NCBI GenBank assembly: GCA_012295275.1
Contig: CM022679.1
Location: forward strand, 7,130,001-7,194,000
Direction of reading: 5' to 3'
DNA: 64,000 bases
Source of the DNA: Chrysomallon squamiferum
Lineage: Eukaryota > Animalia > Mollusca
In this document: in pieces, positions 1 through 42,926 of the stretch
Numbering within the stretch: the first letter of the stretch is position 1
How the letters are laid out: each line of letters begins with the position of its first letter
Made by a program: the position numbers and the translations under genes
The notes under the pieces: model-generated
What the model was told of the DNA's origin: nothing
The model's database searches: none
Seen by the model: the letters and a program-made list of their open reading frames with translations, nothing else

Positions 1-2487
1 TACGCTCAGAATTTAAATACCCATTTTCTAATAAAACAAGCCTCCTAATGGGTGGTGTCCGCCGTGGGAAGCATATTATAACCTTTATATACTATTCACT
101 AAAGCGAGAGGGAGAAAACTTTTTTTACACTTCCGTCTGTTTAAATGAAACAGAAATAAATTGGGTTATTTTGACGATAATCACAATAAACTTGCTAAGT
201 CGCTGTAGTGGTTTCACATATTTGACCTTGTAAATGTCGCCAACAATTTTTTGTTTTATTATTTTGTTTCAACCCCAAACTGTTCACAATAATTAGAATG
301 AATTTTGTCCTAATTTTGTAAATACTTTTTGTAAAAATATTTGCTGTTGATAATTAGAACTAGCAAAAACTATTTTACTTATAAAATAAATATATTGTTA
401 AAATTAAGTAGCAGTATGTAAATCTAAAAAGATATCTGGGCATACAGGACATCAGTCCATACTTGTTCCAGTTTGCAGACTGAACATTTTCACTTGAATG
501 AGCAGAGCATTAAGCAGAATTGAACGTATTATTTCAGTTGGAAGAAAATTTGGCAGTTTTTCTAAAGTAGTCTGACAGTTATTGCAGAAAACAAAAAAAA
601 GACATGTATTATGTGTATGTGTATAGCAGGTAATACATAAGAAGATGGGGGAATTCATCTTAATAATAAATGTGTTTTTCTTTGTCTTGAAAATAAATAT
701 TTCTGTTTCTTTTTTTCTTAGAAACCATATTTTCATTAATAGTGTAATTACATTAATTTAGTCAATGTGACAACCATAAGTATGATGTCTGCCAAAAATT
801 GTAATTTTGGGAATTCATGTGCAAAACCTTTCTTGTACCAAAAAATATTACTGTATTCAAATCTTAATTTGTTTGAAAGTTGATATGATTAGATTAAAAT
901 ATACCAGTAAATACAGTGGCATAATTAAGTTGGTACAATACTGAAAAAAAAATTGTCACTTGTAATGAATGTTGAGAAAAAAAATTCTTTGAAATGTGTA
1001 TCTGATTAATAATTTAAAAACTGCTTTTTAACATATGTTTGTTTTACATGCAGTTTATCTGAGAATCTGATTCAGTTTAAGCATTTGACTGTTATCAGTC
1101 ATCTAGAGGAAAATTAATTAATATTTGCCTGAATTGTTGGCACAAAAACAATAAAATGAAAAGTTGGCACACCTGTTGATGCAACTTTTAGTTGGGCATG
1201 CCCTGCTTCAGTGACAAAGCAGGCTCATTTAAAAAAAAAAAAAAAAAATTTTTTTTATGTGAATACTGGCTTAAATGTGTTAATAAAAATCTTAAATACA
1301 TAAAGATAATATATACTTCAGCTATTAATTTGGCAAGCAGTTTTACAAAATTGTGAAGTATCATCATAATGACAAAATAGAAACTTCGTAAATTGTGCTG
1401 TCCTTTTTCTACATTTTATTGTCATACTTTATTAGCCATGGAAGTAGTCATTGATGTTTCCACAGCAAATAATCTATATCATGGCCAATAATCAATCAAA
1501 AGAATATTTATTTGAATCATGTGTACTTAAAAAAAAAAAGAATTTGATAGGGGCTACAGAGCTAATTTTTTGCTCTTTATGCTTTTGTATTTTGTCTTGC
1601 CATGGCATTTCTTGTTTACAAGTAAAGACAACTGAAATACCTAATTAACATAATACTGTCCTTATTCCAAGAGAGTGTCATTATTACCCATGATATTGCC
1701 TCATGGGGTCAAAATTTATGGAAATGGAGGCAGACTTTTATTCAAGTGGATGTCCAAATACTGAGGCACCAAGGCAAGTAAAGAGGGTACCATGTGGTAA
1801 AATTCAAACAGTGCAAAATATTCGTATCTCATTTTAGATATTGACTCAGGCTTTAACTTAAATTATATATGCATAAATAATAAAATCCAAAGTACAAGAT
1901 TACCTAATACTGACTTAAAATTTTTCATATAAAATTATATAACAAGAATTCTTTATTTCAATTTTTTTTATAAAATTTAAAATTTTAATGTTATTTAATA
2001 TATTTTCTTTAAAATATGCCAAAAACATCTATTTAAAGACAAACTGCTGATAAGATTGATAGGAAATACTTCCAGCCATGTTTAATAGAGATTGAGGATC
2101 ATGGTAGCTATTTTTAGACTACCATCCTGATGCCATAAAGTTTGCATCACTTGAGTAACTTGTGAAAATAGAAATGTAATGTATACAATCTGTAATGGCT
2201 AGTAATGTTGCTGAGTTATTACTTTATTTTTGTTATATTTGATGTTAATCAGAATGTAAATTTAAAAAAAAAAAAGCCTACTGTATAAACTGATTAAAAG
2301 AAACTTTGGAAACACAAAAATAATGCTTTTTAACAACTTGCTCATTTTTAACCACTTTTGAATAATTAGCGGATGATAAACCCTTTTTTTTTTTTTTTTA
2401 AACCAAACATTTATTTTTATATATTCATTCAGGTTTGTGCCAAAGAACTGGATGTGCTTTGATAGAATGGTTATATTTTATTTTCAG

Positions 2488-32562
<30,075 letters not shown>

Positions 32563-35391
32563 ATAATCAGACACATGCTGTTGTGTTAACTGATCATAAA
32601 CCTTAACAAAATCAGCATAGTTGTTATATTAAACTGATGTTAGCAATATAAGTGCTGGCACACTGTAGTTACATGTATTATGAGCATTGTATTTGCTATT
32701 TTATTCTGCTACATCTAACAAACCATGACAGGTTTTTGTTGAATGCAGAGCTGCTGTTAGAAAACTTTTACATTCTTAGTTAACCTTTTCATTCTATATA
32801 GCTATTTTTTATTGCTACATTATTATTATTATCATTAATATTAAATGCTATGCTTCATGAGTTATATTTCTTTATATTTGTTATTGGTCAGATTTGGAAT
32901 TTGTAAATGTTTATATGTGTATAAACAAATGTATGAAGGCTTCCAGCAAAGTGTGTTAATAACTTATCACTCTCCGTTTGTGGTGCAGCTTCCAACATAT
33001 CAAAATAAATTATCAATGACCCGTTGCCTTTATCTGTCTTACAGTGCAAAAATATGTTTGCTGATTTGCTTTTAAGAATACTTTATGCAAAGAGGAAATT
33101 GAAATAAAAGCTGATTGTTAGTGCTTTGAGTGATATTGAGTTATATGACCATTCCAGTTAGTTGACTGTTTTGAGTACTGCCAAACGTTTTGTGTTCTCC
33201 CTAGTCTGTTACCCAACAGCAGCATTACAAAAATACTTTTTTTTTTTTCAAATTCTCAAATTAAAATGTCACTTGTGACTATTCCTAAACTGCCTCTTAT
33301 AAACAAAAGTGTTCTATATTAAAGATATTTTATGAAACCTTAAGTGCTTTGATAAAATATTAATTTGTGTGAAGTCATGAAATTTTATGTTAACTTTTTT
33401 AGTTTGTGAGATGAATACCTACATAAAACTAATAATTTAACCACTAAAAAGAAAACGAAAAAAAACATAAAATATTTATATTTATTTTTAGAAAGAAATA
33501 TCTTGGTGGGTGATGAATGTTTGTGTTAAAAAATTATAAAAATTTGTTTAGAATATTATTTTAATTTAATTTAAAATATGAAATTGGAAGACTGCATGGA
33601 ATAATTGCAACAAGTGATTGGCAGTATTCAGGTTGAATGGCATACTTTGACATTTGACATAACATTATCATCCAGAATATTTACTTTTTGATTTTGTGTT
33701 GGTGTTTGCAGATTACAGTATAAATTTCCTGTTTTGTATCTTCATGGTTTAGAAAAGAATCATATTTTTTGCCTTAATCAAACATCCATAATTTCTAACT
33801 TGAAAAATTAATTTTTCATTCTTTTTAAAACTTGTTTTTTTTGTTTGTTTTTTTAAAAATAGGTCTCATTTACTTATTAATTATAATGGGTCTCATGAAT
33901 ATAATTAAATATATACACAAATATATGCTAGGCTTCATGTTTTTACAAGTGGACAGGTGTTTACACTTGGACAATCTAAGTAAAAGAAAAACATTAAAAC
34001 AAATTTTGTTATCATTTCAAATGTTTCTAAATTCTTTTTCTATAAAAAAATAGAGTACCAGTTAGATATAAAGAAATACATAGCAGGCCAGTGATAAATC
34101 AATTACTAGTTTGGTTCAAACTTCAAATATGTGAAACTGTAATTGTTTAAAAGTTAATTGCATGTTTTTGTTCGTCATGTCTCTGAGTAAATATGCATAA
34201 TAATAACTTATGCTTTTGGAAGAGTAAAACAGGATTATTTATTACGCTTGTCTTTTGCTTTGTATTTATCTCTTCTACTTTATTTCTGTTTCAACATTCA
34301 GCCAGTATTTGTTCACCAATTTATTTTGTCTCCAGTCAGCTTTTTCTTTTGAAAACAGTTTAAATAAAATATTAGTGATCACAGCTCTTTTTATCTTCAT
34401 GAATATTTAAGTAGTTTTATGCTGAAAACAGTTAATATGTATGTTTATTGCTAATGTTTGCCCTTATGCCATGTGATAGTTTTTTGTATGTCAAAGTGGT
34501 TAATGTTAATTAAGCTCTAATTATATCTTTGTAGACCTTGTTTTTTTTTTTTAAACCTTGAGCACTATATAAGCTTTTTTATTTAATTTAGTAAAGGCAT
34601 TCCTTGAAAAATAAACAGCCCTCCATCTGATCATGGATGCAATTTGGTGGTTTTGTGATAAAAGTAAATATGTATTCTTTTGAGCTTTTTTCACAAATGG
34701 ATGTTTGTGAAAATGTTACAACAATGGTGCACTTTTTTCTTCATATTGATATGGATATATACGTTGAATAATCTTTTAAATAAAATAAAATGATAAATGT
34801 ATATGATTTCTATAATTTTATAAAATCAGTTTGAATTTAAATTTATTTTCGCATTTTTTCTTGCATTTACCTCAACTAACCTTTATGCATCCAGAAAGTA
34901 GTAAAGAAATTGTTTCTAACAACAAAGACAGTGGTCATAATCTTATGATGTCTTTGCTCGTTTCTTTCTTCATTTCAGTTTTTGCTTTATCTGAAACCTG
35001 AGCAGTTTTTCTATACCTGTACATAGAAATGTAACTATTGTGAAGGAAAAACAAAACCAACATATTTTTGTATATTTTTATGGAAGGAAGTTATGGGATA
35101 GTTTCACATTTATTTTTTACAGTGACGGGAACAAATGCAGTTATGTGTTCTTTGCAGAAGAGATGCTTATGTCATGTGATACTTAAGATATTTTTCTTTT
35201 TTGTCTAAGAAATATGGGATCAAATTATTACAGTATAGGATATATATATTTTGATGATTAACGTAGTATAATTAATAACCATGATTTTGCCTTTATTTAC
35301 AAACAATTGTATATCTTATGTTTGAAATTTGATGGATTCTAGCAATCATATATGCTTCGCTGACATTTAAAAAAAAAAAAAAAAAAAATCA

Positions 35392-35397
35392 AATAAA
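35392..35397 (+). terminator. Candidate distal polyadenylation signal of the myosin gene (3' UTR about 2.8 kb)
   Basis: AATAAA followed about 15 nt later by a GU/U-rich tract (gtgtctttgttttgttcgttgtt). Confidence 0.5.
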
Positions 35398-35549
35398 CAT
35401 TAAAATAATCAGTGTCTTTGTTTTGTTCGTTGTTACTTTTAAATATTTGGTTTCATTTTCATTTACAAATTACTTCAGAAATGTTTTTTGTTTTGATAGA
35501 TTAATTAAATAAATATTTTATTAAATTAGAATTATTTTGTGCTATATAG

Positions 35550-36470
35550 GATTTTCACTCCCAGGAAGTCCTCACACAAGATGAAGATTATATAGTGGAA
35601 GATCAACACCCTCCTGTAGAATTTTTACCTATTATTTCTATACTTACTGAGGAATTTTGATCGGGTCTTGAATTCTTCAGTGATACATGGCTAAAGGGAT
35701 TTTCTGCCTTTGTCATTTATAAGTTTTTACTATTTTTTAACCTGTCCTATTATTCTGGTACAGTGGATAGAAAAGCTAATGCCTTACATGTTTTTTGTAA
35801 ATCAAATGGTTTGCAGTTAGTTACAGGTAACCATATATAAAAATATACATTCATTTATGGACAAGTTGGAGATATTTTATGTCTGTTCACCCTGTAGGGT
35901 AAAATTATTTTAAGAATTATCTAATCTAGATCATATACATTTCTACTGATTTAGCTGCAGAAGATAAATGAACTGTTAGCAATATATGTTTGCAAATGAT
36001 ATAGTATGTTACTGTATTGGCAAAAATTGTAAATAGGATACCAGTTGATTTAATTATGAAGAAGAGTAATCAGTTATTGCCACAGGATTAGAAAATTATA
36101 TGGAATACTATTGAAAGACCTGCAGGAACTCCAAACCAATGGACTGTACAGTACACTAAATTTTAAATTTTAAATAAATTATAAATTTGCCTGCATGAAC
36201 CATTTAGCAAATGTATTATAAAATTTTAAATAATTCAGATCCAACAAAAATACACAGGTTACAACCAGGTACTGAGTTCAGCAATATATCTATGGTAATG
36301 AGTATTTAATAGAAGCAAATGGCATTTATTCAGGAAATATGTTACATGTTAGAGGATGAAAAGCTGAAGAATCTATAACACAATGTTTATCCTGTGGTGA
36401 ACTGTACTTGTATAAAATCACGACCAGGATAAACTTTCCATGGGTAGAATGTTCTGTACTATACCTGTAG
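35550..36470 (+). pseudogene. Decayed coding-like sequence of unknown origin (possible transposon or viral relic)
   Basis: Long near-open + frames broken by isolated stops and frameshifts: DFHSQEVLTQDEDYIVEDQHPPVEFLPIISILTEEF*SGLEFFSDTWLKG..., ...RIPVDLIMKKSNQLLPQD*KIIWNTIERPAGTPNQWTVQYTKF, ...QCLSCGELYLYKITTRINFPWVECSV. Confidence 0.4.
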
Positions 36471-36635
36471 TAAATGTTTTTATAATAATATTTATTTATT
36501 TATTTTAAATAAAAACTGATATATTACTATGAACAAATCAATGTACAAATACGTGCAATACGTAAAATATCGTATAGTAAGCTAAATGTCAAAACCAAGA
36601 CAATGTTTTTTCTTTCTTTTTTATTAATCGTGATG

Positions 36636-36893
36636 CAGTGGTGTGCAAGGTATAGGGGAGCGAAGGGGCGATTGCCCTCTGGCATCAAAATGGGGGAGCA
36701 TCCAACCAGAGTAAATAACTTAATAAATTTAATTGATTTATATTTAAATCGAATAAAGTGTTTATTGTATGTTTCATCTGTGTTTACATACTCAAAATGC
36801 AGTCCTTCCTCATATTTCTCGTGCCTTATTCTTGAATATTTGGGGCATACAATCAAGTAGCCCCGGGCGTCCCCAGGCCTCTGCATGCCACTG
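36636..36893. mobile_element. hAT-type MITE
   Basis: 12-bp TIRs CAGTGGTGTGCA / TGCATGCCACTG (2 mismatches), GC-rich subterminal blocks (ggggcgattgccct; gccccgggcgtcccc) and a degenerate 8-bp duplication TCGTGATG / TGGTGATT (6/8). Confidence 0.75.
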
Positions 36894-37229
36894 TGGTGAT
36901 TAATATATTTGTGAACTAGTATCTTTATTTCTTTTTTTTATAAATCTGAAAACTCTTTTACAAGAAATGTTTCGAGAAAATTCGTGATATTACTTATATC
37001 ACACATATATCCGAAATAAAAATAAAAATAATAATAATAAATATAAATAAATAAATAATATGTGTGAGAGGGTAAACTAAAATTAATACTACACAGTAGG
37101 GTATAATACAATACAATACAATACCATAACATATAACTAAACCACTTTTTATTCCGCTTCATTTTTATGTCAGTGCATGTGCAAATGTTCAGGTATAGTT
37201 AAATTCTCAATTCTACACTTAATCCTTTA

Positions 37230-38302
37230 GGTACATCGTCCACTAAAGGAATATAACCTCTTTCTCTCTCTCATAAAACTAATGCTTGTTAACAGTTTGT
37301 TACAAAATGTTAAAACGTTTGTTACAGTCACGCAAGACAACCACATCCGGTCGTATATCCACTTTGAAAAGCAAAAATAATTATTATAAATCATTGGAAA
37401 AAAATAAAATTAACGTGCTAATCAGAGCAAGCTGTTGTCGCGGTCGTCCCATATACACGTTCTTCAAGAGAGTTTCTTTGTTGAAAACTTTTAATAAAAT
37501 AATTATGTGCATAACGTTATTTTAGTTTTCTTTATTGGATGCTCCCTAAAATGGTGGAGGGATTTAAGATTTCTTTTATAAACTGGTAGTAAGTAGCGAG
37601 GTAATGTTGTAGCGGGAAATTTGTTAGACTAAACAAGTTGACTCACGTTGGAGGTATTGCTTAACATGTATTATAATTTATGCTTTTCACTTTACTATCA
37701 GATCATTATTCTTAAATGAAATGTGAATTATGTAAAAGCAATAGAAAAAGTTAAGTTAAGCCGGCTTTTTAAAGGTGTTACGAATTATTTTAGTTTACGG
37801 AAAAGTGGTAATAATAATGAAATTAATATAATCAGTGATGTCCTTTAAAATGGTGGATTATATTCTAGAATTCTTTTGTGTTCTTTTAATTTATATCGTA
37901 TAAAAGATGTTTATTTTTTTTTATATATGATTTATAGTTTTTCAAGATAATCCTCTATATTGTATCATCTGAATTCTGAATATATCGTTTCAAGAATTAT
38001 TATTATATTCAGTATTAAGAGTATACGGCATTTAATTTTAAAACTACAACTTTAAACGCCGTATAAAATTAACATAGGTGATGGAGATACCTCTTGCAGG
38101 ATAGCAGCAGAAACACTAATAAATAGACACAATGCCGTAGTGGCGTATATTTATTCATACGAATATTCAATATGATTATAATTATATGTTCTTCACTTAA
38201 CGTCTTAAGAATTTATTTTGGTCAGACTGTCATTTCCACTTAATTTATGTGGTAACAACGCAGTTGCTGGTTTTGTTACTGTAAATGAACTAATTAAGCT
38301 AC

Positions 38303-38336
<34 letters not shown>

Positions 38337-38450
38337 ATAAATACGAATAAAATTTAAATTCAATAAATCTGCATTTAATGATATCACGTAACTGCAGTAT
38401 AGTTAGGCATTTGTCGGCATGATTTCGTATTATTGTCAGAACAATATGAA
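37230..38450 (+). promoter_or_regulatory. CpG-retaining promoter / 5' UTR region of the TRAF-like gene
   Basis: CpG frequency rises sharply relative to the gene bodies. A candidate non-coding first-exon donor GAG|GTAATG sits at 37600/37601, and the coding ATG at 38529 directly follows an acceptor (tttcacAG|ATG). Confidence 0.45.
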
Positions 38451-38528
38451 GAATATTCATGGATTCCAAAACACTTTTATTTAGCAACCAAGATTACAGT
38501 CAGATGATTTGTTTTTCCTCTTTCACAG

Positions 38529-41500
38529 ATGTCTCAAGATTCATCTTTCAGTGTTTGTGGTTATTCAGTTTGCTTTGAAGCAGACATTGATCCTAATTAT
38601 GTATGTCCTATTTGCCTACTTGTGCTTCGTGATGCTGTACAGACACGCTGTGGCCATCGATTCTGTGAACAGTGTATTAATCGTGTTGTTGGGCAAGTTT
38701 CTTTCTGTAGATTTCTTGAATTGTACTCTGAGGTACAAAATGTATATAAGCATATTTTTTTTTTTTTTTTTTTTATCTATAAAAGCCAATAATATGTAGT
38801 AGATTACTTTATAAAAAATTTATTTGGTTTATACAGATGAGGAAATTATAATGAGTTTATTAAAATTTAAATGACCTCATTGAATGTATGAAATATGTCA
38901 GTTCTTAATAAACCAAAAATATTAATGTTGGTGTTGCTAAAAATTTTATTTAGATTTATGCTTGAAATGAAATGATAAAAATCCTTTTTTTTTTTTTTAA
39001 AGCAGGTATAGAAAAATTATTCAATGTCCAGTTGACAGAACATGGTTAAAAACTGACAATGAAGTAAGTTTGCTACATAATTATTATACGTCTTTCTTTA
39101 TTATGAAATATGAATTTTTAGCTGTGTAACAATAAATTGTTTATTTTTCATTATTATTTAATACATTTTTTTCTAAACTTCTTTAAGGGCCACTGTATAT
39201 GCATTGGCACTATTCTTAACTCAACTTTTTAACAGAAATGTTCTAATGCTCTCCTTTAAACAAAAACAAAATACAAGCAAATGATTTTAAATTTCACATA
39301 TAATATAAAATAACACTTATGTTCAGAATAAATTTGGGTTGTCACATATTGATAATTAACATAAAATTCAGTGGAAAAGCTGGTTAAACATGCATAATAA
39401 GTATTAAAGATGTTAGATGAAAATGAAATGAAAGAAAACAGTATGGATCTTGATTTATTATTTATTATTATCTACAAAACCAGTCCTTGAATAAATTGCA
39501 TTCCAACTTCAAGACTTAAGATGCCAAAATTAACCATGGTTTACTCAACAAGGAATATATATTTATTTTTTAATTTGTTTTTAAAAAGTTATTTGTTGAT
39601 GAGGCTGAGAGAAGAGAGGTCTTGTCACTGTCAACAATGTGTGAGAATCACACAAATGACTGCTCTTGGAAAGGAGAACTTCGCTTCTTACAGGTAAAAA
39701 TAACTTTTTATTAATGTATATTTTGAAAAGTCTGAACTTAAACTAGGATTGCTTTTTAATATAGTTCATTTATCTTAAAGAAAGATTCAAACAGTTTGGT
39801 AACTTTAATAAATAATATTCATAAACTGAAGCTCTGTTTACAAGAAATTCTACAGCTGACTCCATTTTGCATTAATAAAGCACATGTAATTTGTCCTTGT
39901 TGATTACAGGTTCATGAAGATATTTGCAGTCGAAAACTGATTGTATGCAGTAATGAATGTGGAGAATCATTTTTTCGTATAGATGCTAAGTCACATCAAG
40001 GACTTTGTCCATTCAGAAAAGTCAAATGTGACCACTGCAAAAACACCATGAAGTTTGAAGAAATAGAGGTAACATATATATCTTTGTACCTTTTAAAAAT
40101 AATGTGCAAGTGGGAATTAAACAATTTAAATAAATCAGATGAATAAATTTGAACTAATTTTATTAAAGAAGACTGAATACTAATTCAGGTATGAAAAGGC
40201 CACCTCTCTATAAAATAGAAGTTTTAAAAGTCATTGTTTTGTCTAAAAATCCATCACATATTTTTTTTTTATTAGATAATTAGTAAAACCTCCATTTAAA
40301 ATGGTTTTGGTAAGATTTTGTTTTGATTTGAACTTCATGATCCAGTTTTACATATATGTGTATGTATGTGTGTGTGTGCAGGTCATGCAGGCATACTTAC
40401 TTGTATTTATCTGTGTGCATGTATTTGAATTGATCAAAATTTTGTTGTTGTAGATGCATGATACTCAGTGTCCTAAAAAGGTTGTCTCCTGTTTGATGGG
40501 CTGTAGTTTGAAATGTGCAAGACAGCTAATGGTTGATCATACTGGTCTCTGTCCAAAGCGTTTTGTCAAGTGTGAACACTGTAATGCATCAATGATCTTT
40601 ATTGATCTTACTGTGAGTGATGTTCCAATTTTTTATTTGAATTAGTTCATTAGTTCATTTTATTATTTTTGAATTGTGAACACTGTATAAACAATATAAA
40701 TTTGTTGGGTGTTTTATTTTAATATTATTTTTTTAATGTCAAATTCCTATTTAAATATTTTTACAGGAGAATTAATATGTGACATTCAAATATTTTAAAA
40801 ATGTATACAATTGTATGTAATTTGGATTAAGGAAAACATATCTTATCACAGTTACACTGATTTTACAATGGGTTGATTTCATTCATCTCAGTTGTACAAA
40901 TGTATATAATTAACATTATTAATTTATGAAACTTTGTTGTTTAAAAATGAATTGTTGTTATTTGCAAAATTATTTTTTTTCTCCACAGAAACATCAGCTA
41001 CTTTCATGTTCTAAAATACTTGTCACTTGCACACTTTGTAAACGACAAGGAATTCTGCGTGAAGACATTCAAAAACATGTTTGTCCAGAAACAGGAGATT
41101 GCCCATGTGTGCTTATCAAATGCTCTTTTGCGAAAATGGGTTGCATCTTTGAGGTAATTATTGTAGATTCAAAAATAATTCCATTTTATCACAAGTGGAT
41201 TTTTTTTTATTGATTTATGTTAATAAATGGTTTGACAAACCTTTTTATCAACTGAGTGCTCTTGTGATAAAATTATCTTTGTTTTTGAAATCATTTAAAT
41301 ATATGGCACTGCTTCTTCACTCAAATATGAATTATATTGAAATAGTTTATGAACCATTTGTATATGATATATTACTTGATTGTTTAATTATGTGAACATT
41401 ATTTTATGGATGAGCAGTCACCGAGTAATTTACATGGTACAAACATTTTACTGGTAATAGGTAATTATGATTTTAGAATGTTTGTTGATATCCATATTAC

Positions 41501-41889
41501 ATAAACACAATAACAGTAATACTTGTCCAACATTACAATTAGGCTTATAGAACTAAAGGAATGTTTCTTCTGAGGGATATCAGTTGCAGTAAAATTATGT
41601 CATTAGTCAAAGCCATATGTGAATATAATTAACTTTAGTAAAAATTATCTTATGGGTACAACCTGGTTATCATTGTAATTTTTTCTTTTATTTGCAGGAT
41701 TCAAGAAGAGCCATGTGTAATCACTATACATCAATTGTTATGGTGGAGCAGCATCTTCAGCTAGCTACTAATTACATAGATACTCTGTCAACAAAGGTGA
41801 AGGACATCAAAAAGGAAATGGCTGATATGAAAGTGGAACAGGAGGAAGTCCGAAATCTGCTAAGCAGTTTGAATCTAGTTGGACCTTGA
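38529..41889 (+). CDS. TRAF6-like RING finger / TRAF zinc-finger protein lacking the TRAF-C (MATH) domain, about 333 aa, 7 coding exons
   Basis: Exons 38529-38692 (GC donor), 39006-39063, 39589-39693, 39910-40068, 40454-40612, 40989-41153, 41698-41889; total 1002 nt, in frame. C3HC3[29 protein letters not shown]...CPVD is very close to TRAF6 ([21 protein letters not shown]...CPVD). Then the [14 protein letters not shown] linker, 7 TRAF-type zinc fingers, a short coiled coil and TGA. Confidence 0.88.
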
Positions 41890-42920
41890 GAAAAATTTGT
41901 TTTATTTGTTTAAAACAGGATTTGTGGATTGTTGTCATGACAAATTACCTAACAAATTCATCACTGCTAAACTTGATAAAGTTCTTTTTGAAATGAACTA
42001 TGCTTTGTTTTTCACCAATACTATTAATCATAAATTGCACCAAACTGAAAAATGTTTTGTATAAGTTTGATTAAGCACACATATCTTTGATATTTGTACA
42101 TACGTTGCTTACCAGTTGTTTGGTGGTTTTTTTGCTAATTTGATGTATAAAAGTTTGTTTATCTTTTATTTTTTTTGGAGGCATTTTTTCTAATAATGGA
42201 TCCACTTCTTTTCCTAAAATTCTAATCTGAAATATAATTCTTGGTTTTTGTAGATTTTATTATTTTTAAATCTGGAAATTTATATCAGTTTATTCATCTT
42301 TCTTTTGTAAGAAGCACATAATGACAATACTTTTAATAACTGAAATTATTTTCTTTTTTAAATTTCTTTTGTTTAATTTATAAACCAAAAATCATTTGGA
42401 ATGAACTTTCAAATATTCTTTCTTTCTTTTTTTTTCCTAGTATCAACATATTCTATATATTTATTTTAAATATATTTTACCTTTTAAAATTGAAATTCCA
42501 TTAATGTTAATATTTTAAACTTTTGGAAAATGGGTAGTTTTGATCATTTAACAACTTGCATTAATTTATCCCTATTGGTACTATAATTTTCATCACTACT
42601 TGGTAAGAATAGTAATTATTCATTTTGTATTATATGCTGGCATTTAAAACTTGTCTTTCATATTACAGTATTACTTACATGAATTGTATAATTTTTATTC
42701 ATTGTGATTCCATTTTTGTGTATTGCTCAGGTATATCTTTTATTATTTGTTTCTATATTATTATATGTTTGATAGCACAATAAGCACTTTACACTTTTAT
42801 AGCATAAATTATGTTTTGTGATGCAAAGTTCAGGTTTTTTTTTATGCAATTTATTTTTGCTGCAGAATGACTGATGACTTGGATAAAAATTATATTTACT
42901 AAACTATTTAAAATTTTGTT

Positions 42921-42926
42921 AATAAA
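42921..42926 (+). terminator. Candidate polyadenylation signal of the TRAF-like gene
   Basis: AATAAA followed by U/GU-rich ttgacttttggtgtttcttg, about 1 kb after the stop codon. Confidence 0.45.

Noticed and set aside
1680-1802. Degenerate inverted repeat (ttattacccatg ... catgtggtaaaa) as a MITE
   Set aside because: Too many mismatches and no target-site duplication, so it cannot be supported without a repeat search.
36527-36886. 119-aa and 85-aa ORFs as a transposase
   Set aside because: They overlap a 258-bp non-autonomous MITE and contain no DDE or hAT motifs.
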